DNA of 64,000 nucleotides from Escherichia coli (GTDB taxonomy: Bacteria > Pseudomonadota > Gammaproteobacteria > Enterobacterales > Enterobacteriaceae): NCBI RefSeq assembly GCF_003334785.1, contig NZ_QOWV01000012.1. One strand, written 5' to 3'. The translations under genes and the position numbers were made by a program. The notes under the pieces were generated by a model. It was not told the DNA's origin and made no database searches. It saw only the letters and a program-made list of their open reading frames with translations. Each line of letters starts with the position of its first letter. Within the stretch, counting starts at the first letter, position 1. Of this stretch, positions 1 through 9,762 are shown piece after piece.

Positions 1-760
1 CCTGCGCACCAAACCGTGCTGCCAGCGCTTCGGCGGCGCGGGCGAGCAGGGTGGTGTCAACGCCGACGGCGACAAACAGCGCGCCCAGTTCCAGATAGCG
101 TTTTGCCAGTTGCTCATTGGCGATCAGGATCCCCGGCGCTTTGCCCGCTTCGCGGATCTGCACGATCGCCTGCTCAATCGCGGCCTGTACTTCCGGGTGC
201 TGAGGATTACCGGCATAACCCATATCGGCGCTCAGATCCGCCGGGCCGATAAACACGCCGTCGACCCCTTCCACGTCCAGAATCTGCGGTAAGTTCTTCA
301 TTGCCTCACGCGTTTCGATCTGCACCAGCACGCACATTTGATCGTTGGCTTTTTGCAGGTAATCAGGAATACGATTCCAGCGCGAGGCTCGGGCCAGCGC
401 ACTGCCCACACCGCGAATACCGGCGGGGGGATAACGGGTGGCGCGTACCGCTTCACGGGCTTCGTCAGCGTTTTGAACCATCGGCACCAGTAAGGTTTGT
501 GTGCCGACATCCAGCAGTTGTTTGATTTGCACCGGATCGTTCCACGACGGACGTACCACCGGCTGGCTGGGGTAGGGCGCAATCGCCTGTAGCTGGGTGA
601 GCACGGTTTGCACGTTATTCGGCGCGTGCTCACCGTCGATCAATAACCAGTCGAATCCTGCTCCGGCCAGTAACTCTGCGCTGTAGCTGCTACTTAGCCC
701 CAGCCATAATCCGATCTGCGGGCGGCCTGCTTTCAGCGCCGCTTTAAAACTGTTTTCCAT
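1..760 (-). CDS. hpaI: 4-hydroxy-2-oxoheptanedioate aldolase HpaI (class II aldolase); 3-prime end cut by window edge
   Basis: Minus-strand reading from ATG (reverse complement of 758-760) gives [33 protein letters not shown]..., recognised as HpaI/HpcH; RBS GGAGAG just upstream; frame runs off window start (about 9 codons missing). Not in the supplied ORF track because it is truncated. Confidence 0.88.
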
Positions 761-770
761 CGTTCTCTCC

Positions 771-1574
771 TTAAACAAAGCGGCAGCTAATGGAGCCCAT
801 GTTGCCGTAATCGACGTGGAAGGTATCGCCCTTACGCGCCGGAACCGGGCGGGTGAACGAACCGCCGAGAATGATTTGCCCGGCTTCCAGTTGTACGTCA
901 TACGGTGCGAGTTTGTTCGCCAGCCAGGCCACGCCGTTTGCCGGATGATTTAGCACACCAGCGGCGACGCCAGTTTCTTCAATCACGCCATTGCGATACA
1001 TCAGGGCGGAGATCCAACGCAGATCCAGTTCGTCTGGTTTGATCGGACGACCGCCGAGGATCACTCCGGCGTTGGCGGCGTTATCAGAAATGGTGTCGAA
1101 CACTTTGCGCGGGCGCTGGGTTTCCGGATCGATGTTGTGGCAGCGGGCGTCGATCAGCTCCAGCGCCGGGATCACGTAGTCCGTGGCGTTGTAGACGTCG
1201 AACAGCGTGCAGTTTGGCCCACGCAGCGGTTTTGCCAGCACAAAAGCCAGCTCCACTTCAATGCGCGGCACGATAAAGCGATCGGTCGGGATATCGCTGC
1301 CATCGTGGAAGAACATGTCGTCCAGCAATGCACCGTAATCTGGCTCGCTGATTTGTGAGCTGGCCTGCATCGCTTTCGAGGTCAGGCCGATTTTGTGGCC
1401 TTTCAGCGTGCGGCCTTCGGCGATTTTCAGTCGGACCCATTCGCGCTGTACGGCGTAGGCGTCTTCAATGGTGATCTCCGGGTAATCCAGCGAGATCGCG
1501 CGGATCTGTTCACGCTGTTTTTCTGCCTGATCCAGACGCTGGGCGATCAGGGTGTGGGTGTGTTTATCGAACAT
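771..1574 (-). CDS. hpaH: 2-oxo-hept-3-ene-1,7-dioate hydratase HpaH
   Basis: ORF 771..1592 translation matches HpaH/HpcG hydratase; start placed at internal ATG (MFDKHTHTL...) which has an AGGA RBS, giving 267 aa. Confidence 0.9.
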
Positions 1575-1641
1575 AGCGATATCCTGTGGCATTGCCGGAT
1601 GCGGCTGCGCCTTATCATCCAGCCTGGAAGCTGGTGCAAAT

Positions 1642-2022
1642 TTATTTAAACAACGCGTGTACGTTGTTCTGTTTGAAATTCAACGTCGGGTGCAGCTCTG
1701 CAATCTCAAATGAAAGCGCCAGGTAACGGCTCTCCATCAGTGAGGCGAAGTGCGTTTTAATCAGATCAAACAGCATTTCGCCTACTTCCTGACGGCTTTC
1801 CAGACTGCGCCCGCTGCCGATTTTTAGCGTCATATGCACAAAGGCGTAATCGTGCTTGCCATCAGCCATTTGCCAGGTATCGATCCAGTGTGCCCGGCTA
1901 CGTATTCCCCCAAGCGGAAAAATCCCCGTCGCCGCCAGTGCGGTGTTAACACTGGCAAACAGCTCAGGTAAGCGGGCTTCTTGACGAATATTTTCAGTAC
2001 ATTCCACGATAAAGTGCGGCAT
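1642..2022 (-). CDS. hpaF: 5-carboxymethyl-2-hydroxymuconate isomerase HpaF
   Basis: 126-aa [25 protein letters not shown]... recognised as CHM isomerase; position in hpaGEDFHI order. Confidence 0.9.
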   Translation of the reverse strand: MPHFIVECTENIRQEARLPELFASVNTALAATGIFPLGGIRSRAHWIDTWQMADGKHDYAFVHMTLKIGSGRSLESRQEVGEMLFDLIKTHFASLMESRYLALSFEIAELHPTLNFKQNNVHALFK

Positions 2023-2031
2023 GGTTTTTCC

Positions 2032-2883
2032 TTACGCGGGAAGCGGGAAAACAGCGTTAACCTGACCAGTGCCAGAGCTTGGGAACAGCTCGGTAATAAA
2101 CTCCACCTTGCCGTCGTATTTATCCCAGCCGAGCATCCCCAGCAGCATCACCGTGTCGTGCATATTGCCTTCGCCGTAGCAGTAGTCGGCGTACTCCGGC
2201 AGCATATTGCAGAACTCTTTGAACTGGCCTTCGCGCCACAGCTTCACCACGCGCTCGTCCATCTGGCGGTCGAACTCGCGGGTGTAGCTGTTCATCCCTT
2301 CTTCTGCACGCTGATCGTCAATAAAGCGGTGCGATAACGAACCGCTGGCAAGGACCGCCACGGTGCCGTCGTACTGTTCGATCGCTTTCAGAATCGCTTC
2401 GCCCAGCTTGCGGCTGTCGGCAAAATCATGAACGGTACAGAATGCGGAGATGGAGACCACTTTGAAGTGCTTGTCTTCATTCATGTAGCGCATCGGCACC
2501 AGCGTGCCGTATTCCAGTTTCAGGCTGGGAATGTTGTGCGTTTTTGCCCGCACGCCGAGCTTTAAGGCTTCATCGGCAATTAGCTGCCCCAACTCCGGGT
2601 TGCCCTCGTAGTTGTAGGTCATGTCACGAATAAAATGCGGCAGCTCGTTACTGGTGTAGACGCCTTCAAAATGGTCTGCACAGTTGATGTGATAAGCACT
2701 GTTGACCAGCCAGTGGGTATCGAAAACGATAATGGTATCGACGCCCATTTCCCGGCAACGCTTGCTGATCTCTTTATGCCCGTCGATCGCACCCTGGCGG
2801 CAACCGTGGTTTTTCCCAGGCAGCTCAGAGAGATACATCGACGGTACGTGCGTGATCTTGGCGGCTAACGCTAACTTACCCAT
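2032..2883 (-). CDS. hpaD: 3,4-dihydroxyphenylacetate (homoprotocatechuate) 2,3-dioxygenase HpaD, extradiol LigB-type
   Basis: 283-aa ORF MGKLALAAKITHVPSMYLSELPGKNHGCRQ...; typical size and sequence of HpaD; operon context. Confidence 0.9.
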   Translation of the reverse strand: MGKLALAAKITHVPSMYLSELPGKNHGCRQGAIDGHKEISKRCREMGVDTIIVFDTHWLVNSAYHINCADHFEGVYTSNELPHFIRDMTYNYEGNPELGQLIADEALKLGVRAKTHNIPSLKLEYGTLVPMRYMNEDKHFKVVSISAFCTVHDFADSRKLGEAILKAIEQYDGTVAVLASGSLSHRFIDDQRAEEGMNSYTREFDRQMDERVVKLWREGQFKEFCNMLPEYADYCYGEGNMHDTVMLLGMLGWDKYDGKVEFITELFPSSGTGQVNAVFPLPA

Positions 2884-2884
2884 A

Positions 2885-4351
2885 TCAGACTCCCCATTTC
2901 GGAATTGGATGGTCGCCCATGGAAATGCAGACGTTCTTCATTTCCGCGAACACTTCGAAGCTGTACTCACCGCCTTCACGCCCGGTGCCGGAGGCTTTTA
3001 CGCCGCCAAATGGCTGGCGCAGGTCACGCACGTTCTGGGTGTTGACGAACACCATGCCAGCTTCAATGCCACGCGCCAGGCGTAACACTTTGCTGACATC
3101 CTGTGTCCAGATGTACGACGCGAGGCCGTACTCCACGTCGTTTGCCAGACGTAAGCCTTCGGCTTCGTCTTTAAACGGCAGCAGGCAGGCGACCGGCCCG
3201 AAAATCTCTTCCTGGGCAACGCGCATACGGTTATCTACGTCCGCCAGCACCGTTGGGCGCAGGAAGTTGCCGCCTTTCAGGTGTGCAGGCAGGTCAGACG
3301 GTTTATCCGGGCCGCCCGCCAGCAGGGTTGCGCCTTCTTCAATGCCGAGACGGATATAGCCGGAGACTTTATCCCAGTGTTGCTGGCTGATAAGCGCCCC
3401 AACCTGGGTATTCGGATCGTTCGGATCGCCCACGCGCAGACGGTTGGCGCGTTCGGCAAAGCGTTTAACGAATTCCGGGTAGATGCTTTGCTGAATAAAG
3501 ATGCGCGAACCGGCGGTGCAGCGCTCGCCGTTGATCGAGAAGATGGTGAACAGGGCGGCGTCCAGCGCGCGTTCAATATCGGCATCTTCAAAAATCAGCA
3601 CCGGCGATTTACCGCCCAGTTCCATGGAGTATTTTTTCAGCCCGGCGTTTTTCATGATGTTGCGCCCGGTGGCCGTACCGCCGGTGAACGACACGGCACG
3701 TACGTCATGATGACGAACCAGCGCATCGCCTGCGGTTGCGCCGTAGCCCTGTACCACGTTCAGCACGCCTGCCGGAATACCGGCTTCCAGCGCCAGCTCA
3801 CCCAGGCGGTCAGCGGTCAGCGGGGAGAGTTCCGACATTTTCAGTACCGCGGTATTGCCCAGCGCCAGACACGGCGCGACCTTCCATGTGGCGGTCATAA
3901 ACGGTACGTTCCACGGCGATACCAGCGCACAAACGCCCACCGGCTGCACCAGCGTGTAGTTGAGCATCTTGTCGTCAACCGGATAGGTCTTGCCGTTCAT
4001 CTGCTGGCAGACTTCCGCGAAAAATTCAAAGTTGTGGGAAGCGCGTGGGATCAACACATTTTTGGTCTGATGGATCGGCAGGCCGGTGTCCGCGGTTTCC
4101 ATCGCGGCGATCTCTGGCACGTTCTGGTCGATCAGATCGCCCAGACGGCGCATCAGGCGCGCACGCTCTTTCATCGGCAGATTGGCCCATTTCGGGAACG
4201 CCTCTTTCGCTGCCGCTACCGCCTGATTGATCTCCGCTTCACCGCCAGAGGCCACATCCGCCAGCACTTCACCCGTTGCCGGATTGGTGGTCTGAAAGTA
4301 GTCGTTACCTGCAACATTTTTGCCGTTGATCCAATGATTTACTTTTTTCAT
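2885..4351 (-). CDS. hpaE: 5-carboxymethyl-2-hydroxymuconate semialdehyde dehydrogenase HpaE (NAD-dependent aldehyde dehydrogenase)
   Basis: 488-aa ORF with aldehyde dehydrogenase hallmarks (ELGGKSP, catalytic Cys region GERCTAGSR); operon context. Confidence 0.92.
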   Translation of the reverse strand: MKKVNHWINGKNVAGNDYFQTTNPATGEVLADVASGGEAEINQAVAAAKEAFPKWANLPMKERARLMRRLGDLIDQNVPEIAAMETADTGLPIHQTKNVLIPRASHNFEFFAEVCQQMNGKTYPVDDKMLNYTLVQPVGVCALVSPWNVPFMTATWKVAPCLALGNTAVLKMSELSPLTADRLGELALEAGIPAGVLNVVQGYGATAGDALVRHHDVRAVSFTGGTATGRNIMKNAGLKKYSMELGGKSPVLIFEDADIERALDAALFTIFSINGERCTAGSRIFIQQSIYPEFVKRFAERANRLRVGDPNDPNTQVGALISQQHWDKVSGYIRLGIEEGATLLAGGPDKPSDLPAHLKGGNFLRPTVLADVDNRMRVAQEEIFGPVACLLPFKDEAEGLRLANDVEYGLASYIWTQDVSKVLRLARGIEAGMVFVNTQNVRDLRQPFGGVKASGTGREGGEYSFEVFAEMKNVCISMGDHPIPKWGV

Positions 4352-5637
4352 TTCGCTGTTTCCTCACTCACAATTCGGTTCACCAGGCAGCCCACGCCTT
4401 CTACTTCCACCACTACTTCATCGCCAGGCACCACGTCAGATAAGCCTTTTGGTGTGCCGGTGGCGATCATGTCGCCCGGATTCAGGGTCATAAATTCGCT
4501 TAAGTAGGCGATCAGGAAGGGCACGCTGAAGATCAGATCGGCGGTGGTGCCTTGCTGGCGTAACTCGCCGTTGACGAAGGTGCGAAGGGTCAGATTATGC
4601 GGGTCCGGGATCGCCTCTTTCGGCACGATGGTTGAAAGCATCGGCGTCAGTCCGTCGCGGCTTTTTACCCGCAGGTTAGGGCGGTAGTAGTTTTCCAGAT
4701 AGTCGCGAATGGCGTAGTCGTTACACACGGTGTAGCCCGCGACATAATCCATGGCATCGGCTTCGCTGACGTTACGCGCCTGTTTGCCAATAACTACCAC
4801 CAGCTCCGCTTCATAGTGCATGTATTCAATATTGTTTGGACGCACGGAGGTCTGGTTATCGCCAGTGAGGGTATTTGGCGCTTTCAGGAACACCAGCGGT
4901 TCTTCCGGTGGCTTAAATTCCAGTTCGCTGGCGTGGTCGGCGTAGTTCAGGCCGAGGGCAAACAGCGTGCCGTGCGGGTGTGGCTGCGTTGGGAAGCTCT
5001 TGCGCGTGGTCACTTCACGTTCGTCCACTACCGGATTTTCCAGCGGCGGGAAACCTTCTGCGAGAACACGAACGCGATCGCCTGGCTGTATTTCCACGCG
5101 CGCCTGTGGCGTGCCGAGCAGAATGGCATCGCCTGGATTCAGTGTGGCAAATTCGCTCAGGGCGCTCAGCAACTGCGCGGCGTTACGTTGTAAATCGGCG
5201 GTATTCCAGTGATCGGCAGGACGCCCGTTGATCTCGGTATAGATGGTCAGATTATCGACATTGCTGAGAGCCACGGTTTCGCCAATGGGGCAGAATCCAT
5301 CACGACATTTTGCTTTGATTGCCGGGCGGTAAAAGCTCTCTTCCGGCAGGCTGACGTCGTTAGCCAGCGCATATCCGGCGATGTACTCTGCCGCATCTTC
5401 TTCACGTACTTTCGTCGCCGTTTTTCCCACAATCAGCGCAACAGTCGCACCGCTCAGTACCTTTTCACCCTGTGGAAAGGGAATCGGTTCACCGCAACCA
5501 ATCACCGTATTGCGCGGTTTAATAAACCAGACCGCAGTTTTAGGCGGGGCTTTGTAGGGGGATTGCTGGAACGCTTCCTGCCATGCATCAAGTTGGCTGC
5601 GATGGTTCAACGCTACGGCGAAGATAGTGCCTTTCAT
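4348..5637 (-). CDS. hpaG: bifunctional OPET decarboxylase / HHDD isomerase HpaG (tandem FAH-fold domains)
   Basis: ORF 4348..5643; start placed at ATG with GAGGAG RBS (MKGTIFAVALNHRSQ...), 429 aa; stop overlaps hpaE start (ATGA). Confidence 0.9.
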   Translation of the reverse strand: MKGTIFAVALNHRSQLDAWQEAFQQSPYKAPPKTAVWFIKPRNTVIGCGEPIPFPQGEKVLSGATVALIVGKTATKVREEDAAEYIAGYALANDVSLPEESFYRPAIKAKCRDGFCPIGETVALSNVDNLTIYTEINGRPADHWNTADLQRNAAQLLSALSEFATLNPGDAILLGTPQARVEIQPGDRVRVLAEGFPPLENPVVDEREVTTRKSFPTQPHPHGTLFALGLNYADHASELEFKPPEEPLVFLKAPNTLTGDNQTSVRPNNIEYMHYEAELVVVIGKQARNVSEADAMDYVAGYTVCNDYAIRDYLENYYRPNLRVKSRDGLTPMLSTIVPKEAIPDPHNLTLRTFVNGELRQQGTTADLIFSVPFLIAYLSEFMTLNPGDMIATGTPKGLSDVVPGDEVVVEVEGVGCLVNRIVSEETAK

Positions 5638-5662
5638 TACCACTCCTCGGATTCGATCATCT

Positions 5663-5686
5663 TAATCATTAATATGTTAATGATTA
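5663..5686. promoter_or_regulatory. Perfect inverted repeat TAATCATTAA-tatg-TTAATGATTA in hpaG upstream region; candidate HpaR operator
   Basis: Palindrome read directly in sequence 26 bp upstream of hpaG start, in AT-rich divergent hpaG/hpaR region; assignment to HpaR is inference. Confidence 0.4.
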
Positions 5687-5908
5687 CTTTTATTCCCGAT
5701 TGCGTAGTTTGGCAAAAGTAAGTGATGTAAATGTGATCTAATTAACAAACTATTTACATTTAAAGATAATAAAATATTAAATATCATTAAGTTAATAAAA
5801 TATCATCAATTTTGATAAAATCAGGAATTGCAGGGACAGCGCAGTCCCGGTAACGTGACGATTAACTGTTTCTATATTAATAATTTTGAATTTTTCAGGG
5901 GAAAGATA

Positions 5909-6355
5909 ATGCACGACTCTCTAACCATTGCGTTGCTCCAGGCGCGAGAAGCGGCGATGAGTTATTTTCGCCCAATCGTTAAACGGCATAATTTGACTGA
6001 GCAACAGTGGCGCATCGTGCGTATTCTGGCGGAAAGCCCATCAATGGATTTTCACGATCTGGCGTATCGTGCCTGCATTTTGCGCCCAAGCCTGACCGGG
6101 ATCCTTACGCGGATGGAACGCGACGGTTTAGTGTTGCGATTAAAGCCGATCAATGATCAGCGGAAGCTCTATATCTCGCTGACCAAAGAGGGGCAGGCGC
6201 TGTATAACCGCGCTCAGACACAGATTGAAGAAGCCTATCGGCAGATTGAAGCTCAGTTTACTGCCGAGAAAATGCAACTGTTAACCCATCTGTTAGAGGA
6301 ATTTATTGCTCTGGGCAATTCCCGACAAGAAGACATCCCGGGCGATAATGAATAA
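5909..6355 (+). CDS. hpaR: MarR-family repressor of the hpa meta operon, HpaR
   Basis: ORF 5828..6355; start placed at ATG giving MHDSLTIALLQAREAAMSYFRPIVKRHNLTEQQWRIVRIL... (148 aa) with winged-helix MarR pattern; divergent from hpaG. Confidence 0.88.
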   Translation: MHDSLTIALLQAREAAMSYFRPIVKRHNLTEQQWRIVRILAESPSMDFHDLAYRACILRPSLTGILTRMERDGLVLRLKPINDQRKLYISLTKEGQALYNRAQTQIEEAYRQIEAQFTAEKMQLLTHLLEEFIALGNSRQEDIPGDNE

Positions 6356-6416
6356 CTTTTTAGTATCTGATAACCAGCCCCTGGTTTTTCCATGGATGGC
6401 GGGTTACACCTTTTCA

Positions 6417-6443
6417 TAAAGTTTTTGCTTTCCAGGCCGAAAA
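6417..6443 (+). promoter_or_regulatory. Sigma-28 (FliA) type promoter for tsr
   Basis: TAAAGTTT - 11 nt - GCCGAAAA matches flagellar class III consensus TAAAGTTT-N11-GCCGATAA, about 30 nt upstream of tsr ATG. Confidence 0.7.
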
Positions 6444-6473
6444 TCTTGCATCGGTCCACAGGAAAGAGAAACC

Positions 6474-8138
6474 ATGTTAAAACGTATCAAGATCGTGACC
6501 AGCTTACTGCTGGTTTTGGCCGTTTTTGGCCTTTTACAACTGACATCAGGCGGTCTGTTCTTTAATGCCTTAAAGAATGACAAAGAAAATTTCACTGTTT
6601 TACAAACCATTCGCCAGCAGCAATCCACGCTGAATGGCAGCTGGGTCGCGTTGTTGCAGACGCGTAACACCCTCAACCGCGCGGGTATCCGCTACATGAT
6701 GGATCAGAATAATATTGGTAGCGGTTCAACCGTTGCTGAGCTGATGCAGAGTGCCAGTATTTCGCTGAAACAGGCGGAAAAAAACTGGGCGGATTACGAA
6801 GCGTTGCCGCGTGACCCGCGTCAGAGCACCGCCGCAGCGGCAGAGATCAAACGTAATTACGATATTTATCACAATGCGCTGGCGGAGCTGATCCAACTGT
6901 TAGGTGCAGGCAAAATCAACGAGTTCTTTGATCAGCCGACTCAGGGATATCAGGACGGTTTCGAGAAGCAGTATGTGGCTTACATGGAACAAAACGATCG
7001 GCTCCATGATATCGCCGTCAGCGATAACAATGCCTCCTACAGCCAGGCGATGTGGATTCTGGTGGGCGTGATGATCGTCGTACTGGCGGTCATCTTCGCC
7101 GTCTGGTTCGGTATTAAAGCCTCGCTGGTAGCGCCAATGAATCGCCTGATTGACAGCATTCGTCATATTGCAGGCGGCGATCTGGTGAAACCGATTGAGG
7201 TGGATGGCTCTAATGAGATGGGGCAACTGGCAGAGAGTTTGCGCCATATGCAGGGAGAGCTGATGCGTACCGTCGGTGATGTGCGCAACGGGGCCAATGC
7301 CATCTATAGCGGTGCCAGCGAAATCGCTACCGGCAATAACGATCTCTCTTCGCGCACCGAGCAACAGGCTGCTTCGCTGGAAGAGACGGCAGCCAGCATG
7401 GAGCAACTGACCGCAACGGTGAAACAGAACGCCGAGAATGCGCGCCAGGCCAGCCACCTGGCGTTAAGTGCTTCTGAAACGGCGCAACGCGGCGGCAAAG
7501 TGGTAGATAACGTGGTGCAGACTATGCGTGATATCTCCACCAGTTCGCAGAAAATCGCCGATATTATCAGCGTAATTGACGGCATTGCCTTCCAGACCAA
7601 TATTCTGGCTTTGAACGCGGCGGTTGAAGCAGCGCGTGCGGGTGAGCAAGGACGTGGTTTTGCGGTGGTTGCGGGAGAAGTGCGTAATCTGGCCCAGCGT
7701 AGCGCCCAGGCGGCTCGTGAAATTAAAAGCCTGATTGAAGACTCGGTGGGGAAAGTGGATGTTGGCTCTACGCTGGTCGAAAGCGCCGGGGAAACAATGG
7801 CGGAGATTGTCAGTGCTGTGACCCGCGTGACGGACATTATGGGCGAAATTGCTTCTGCTTCTGATGAGCAGAGCCGTGGTATCGATCAGGTTGGCTTAGC
7901 GGTTGCTGAGATGGACCGGGTAACTCAACAGAACGCCGCGCTGGTGGAAGAATCTGCCGCCGCCGCCGCCGCGCTGGAAGAGCAGGCCAGTCGCCTGACC
8001 GAAGCAGTGGCAGTGTTCCGGATTCAGCAACAGCAGCAACAGCAGCGTGAAACATCGGCTGTGGTAAAAAACGTGACGCCAGCTACGCCGCGTAAAATGG
8101 CAGTGGCAGATAGCGGGGAGAACTGGGAAACGTTTTAA
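6474..8138 (+). CDS. tsr: methyl-accepting chemotaxis protein I (serine chemoreceptor)
   Basis: 554-aa ORF, N-terminal TM, HAMP, methylation helices, highly conserved MCP signalling domain ([27 protein letters not shown]), C-terminal NWETF pentapeptide. Confidence 0.96.
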   Translation: MLKRIKIVTSLLLVLAVFGLLQLTSGGLFFNALKNDKENFTVLQTIRQQQSTLNGSWVALLQTRNTLNRAGIRYMMDQNNIGSGSTVAELMQSASISLKQAEKNWADYEALPRDPRQSTAAAAEIKRNYDIYHNALAELIQLLGAGKINEFFDQPTQGYQDGFEKQYVAYMEQNDRLHDIAVSDNNASYSQAMWILVGVMIVVLAVIFAVWFGIKASLVAPMNRLIDSIRHIAGGDLVKPIEVDGSNEMGQLAESLRHMQGELMRTVGDVRNGANAIYSGASEIATGNNDLSSRTEQQAASLEETAASMEQLTATVKQNAENARQASHLALSASETAQRGGKVVDNVVQTMRDISTSSQKIADIISVIDGIAFQTNILALNAAVEAARAGEQGRGFAVVAGEVRNLAQRSAQAAREIKSLIEDSVGKVDVGSTLVESAGETMAEIVSAVTRVTDIMGEIASASDEQSRGIDQVGLAVAEMDRVTQQNAALVEESAAAAAALEEQASRLTEAVAVFRIQQQQQQQRETSAVVKNVTPATPRKMAVADSGENWETF

Positions 8139-8149
8139 TCGCCATAAAA

Positions 8150-8179
8150 ATGCCCGATAAGCAAAATGTTATCGGGCAT
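8150..8179. terminator. Bidirectional hairpin terminator between convergent tsr and lgoT
   Basis: Inverted repeat TGCCCGATAA-gcaaaatg-TTATCGGGCA flanked by A/T runs. Confidence 0.7.
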
Positions 8180-8186
8180 AGGGAGT

Positions 8187-9548
8187 TTAATCTTTACGCG
8201 GGTCGTTGATCGGCTGACGAACCAGGAAGATGTACGCCAGTGCTCCCGCTGCGGTGACGCAACCGCAGATGATTAGTGCCAGACGGAATGAGTGGGTGGT
8301 ATCAACAATAAAACCAGTAATGATCGGCGCAAAAGAGGCGCAGATGAAGCTGGCAAAGTTCTGGATACTGCCCACCGACGCCGTCATGCGAGAAGCAACT
8401 GCGACGTGGATCAAGCCCCAGCAGGATGTTCCGGCAAAGTGAATACAGAACAGTGCCATGCCAATCAGCAGAACCGCCGTCATGGATGTTGTCGCTTGCG
8501 GTACGACCAGCGTAAAGGCGGCAGAACAGAACATCCCGGCAATAATGCAGATCTTACGGCTTTTAATCGGAGCCATTCCCCCTTTGACCAGCCAGTCAGT
8601 AACGTAACCGTTGACCAGCATCCCGGCAGCCCCAAACAGGAAAGGGATAGCCGCCATCAACCCTGTGCTTTTTAAATCCAGGTTATAGGCTGTTTGCAGG
8701 TAACCAGGAAGCCAGGCCAGATACAGCCACGCAGTGTAGTTGATGCCACTGAATCCGAGCATCATTCCCCACATTGTGCGGTTACGGAACAGGCTGCGCC
8801 ATTCGGCAAAACTGAGCGGATCTCGGCGGGCATTGACGCTACCTGCATTGAGATAAGCTTGTTCAACGGCAGTCAGTTCTACGTGCTCGCGGTTGCGATA
8901 GAGCATATACCAGCCAATGGCGAGAAAAATCCCCAGCACACCAATGGTAATAAACATCCCACGCCAGCCCATCACCAGCATCATCGCCGCCAGAATCGGT
9001 GGGCTTACGGCAACGCCAATGGTAGAAGCTGCGTTGAAGAAGCCCATCGGGCGTCCGCGCTCTTTGATGTTGAACCAGTCGTTAATGACTTTTACGCCAC
9101 ATGGGTTCATCGGCGCTTCACCAATCCCCATACCGATACGCACCAACACGAACTGCGTAAAGCTGTGCACCATGCCAGACATGGCCTGGAACAGTGACCA
9201 GAAGAACATCCCCAGTCCCAGCATCAGGCGTGGGCCTTTACGATCCAATAGTGGGCCGCAAGGAAGTTGCGCAATCCCGTAAGCGAGTGAAAACACGGAG
9301 AGCAAAGCGCCGATTTCGGTGGCACTTAATCCCAATTCTTCACGAATCGTTAAATTTGCTACCGACAGCGAACTGCGGTCGAGATAATTGATTACCGCCG
9401 CAAAAAATAATAACAACATGGCGGTGGTTTGAATGCGTTTAATTCGGGTACTGCGTTGAACTAATCCATCTGGTGGCACGGGAATATCTGCCGACGAAGA
9501 TGGAGTAAATGAAGAACGCGGATCGAGGGTGATATTTTCTTTTTCCAC
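8187..9548 (-). CDS. lgoT: MFS transporter, L-galactonate:H+ symporter (YjiZ/LgoT)
   Basis: 453-aa ORF with 12-TM MFS pattern, recognised as E. coli YjiZ/LgoT; apparent GTG start. Confidence 0.9.
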   Translation of the reverse strand: MEKENITLDPRSSFTPSSSADIPVPPDGLVQRSTRIKRIQTTAMLLLFFAAVINYLDRSSLSVANLTIREELGLSATEIGALLSVFSLAYGIAQLPCGPLLDRKGPRLMLGLGMFFWSLFQAMSGMVHSFTQFVLVRIGMGIGEAPMNPCGVKVINDWFNIKERGRPMGFFNAASTIGVAVSPPILAAMMLVMGWRGMFITIGVLGIFLAIGWYMLYRNREHVELTAVEQAYLNAGSVNARRDPLSFAEWRSLFRNRTMWGMMLGFSGINYTAWLYLAWLPGYLQTAYNLDLKSTGLMAAIPFLFGAAGMLVNGYVTDWLVKGGMAPIKSRKICIIAGMFCSAAFTLVVPQATTSMTAVLLIGMALFCIHFAGTSCWGLIHVAVASRMTASVGSIQNFASFICASFAPIITGFIVDTTHSFRLALIICGCVTAAGALAYIFLVRQPINDPRKD

Positions 9549-9762
9549 GCCGGACTCCTGTATTTATAATTTTAATTGTTTACGTAATTGTGCATTACGC
9601 AAGGTTGACATTAACGGCAGGTTAAAGTTTTAGGACTTTACTACCGCTCACAAAAACATTTTTAGTCGACTGATTGTGAGCATAGGTAAGCGGGAATTTC
9701 CCGGTATTTATCTTTTGATAAAACCGTGCACCCGCTAATAGTTTGCTGTTTTTAATCCGTAC

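Noticed and set aside
1575-1592. N-terminal extension MPQDIA on hpaH
   Set aside because: No RBS upstream of the upstream ATG, whereas the internal ATG (MFDKHTHTL) has an AGGA RBS and gives the expected 267-aa HpaH.
3281-4507. 408-aa plus-strand ORF
   Set aside because: Antisense to hpaE (aldehyde dehydrogenase); Arg/His-rich low-complexity translation typical of antisense frames.
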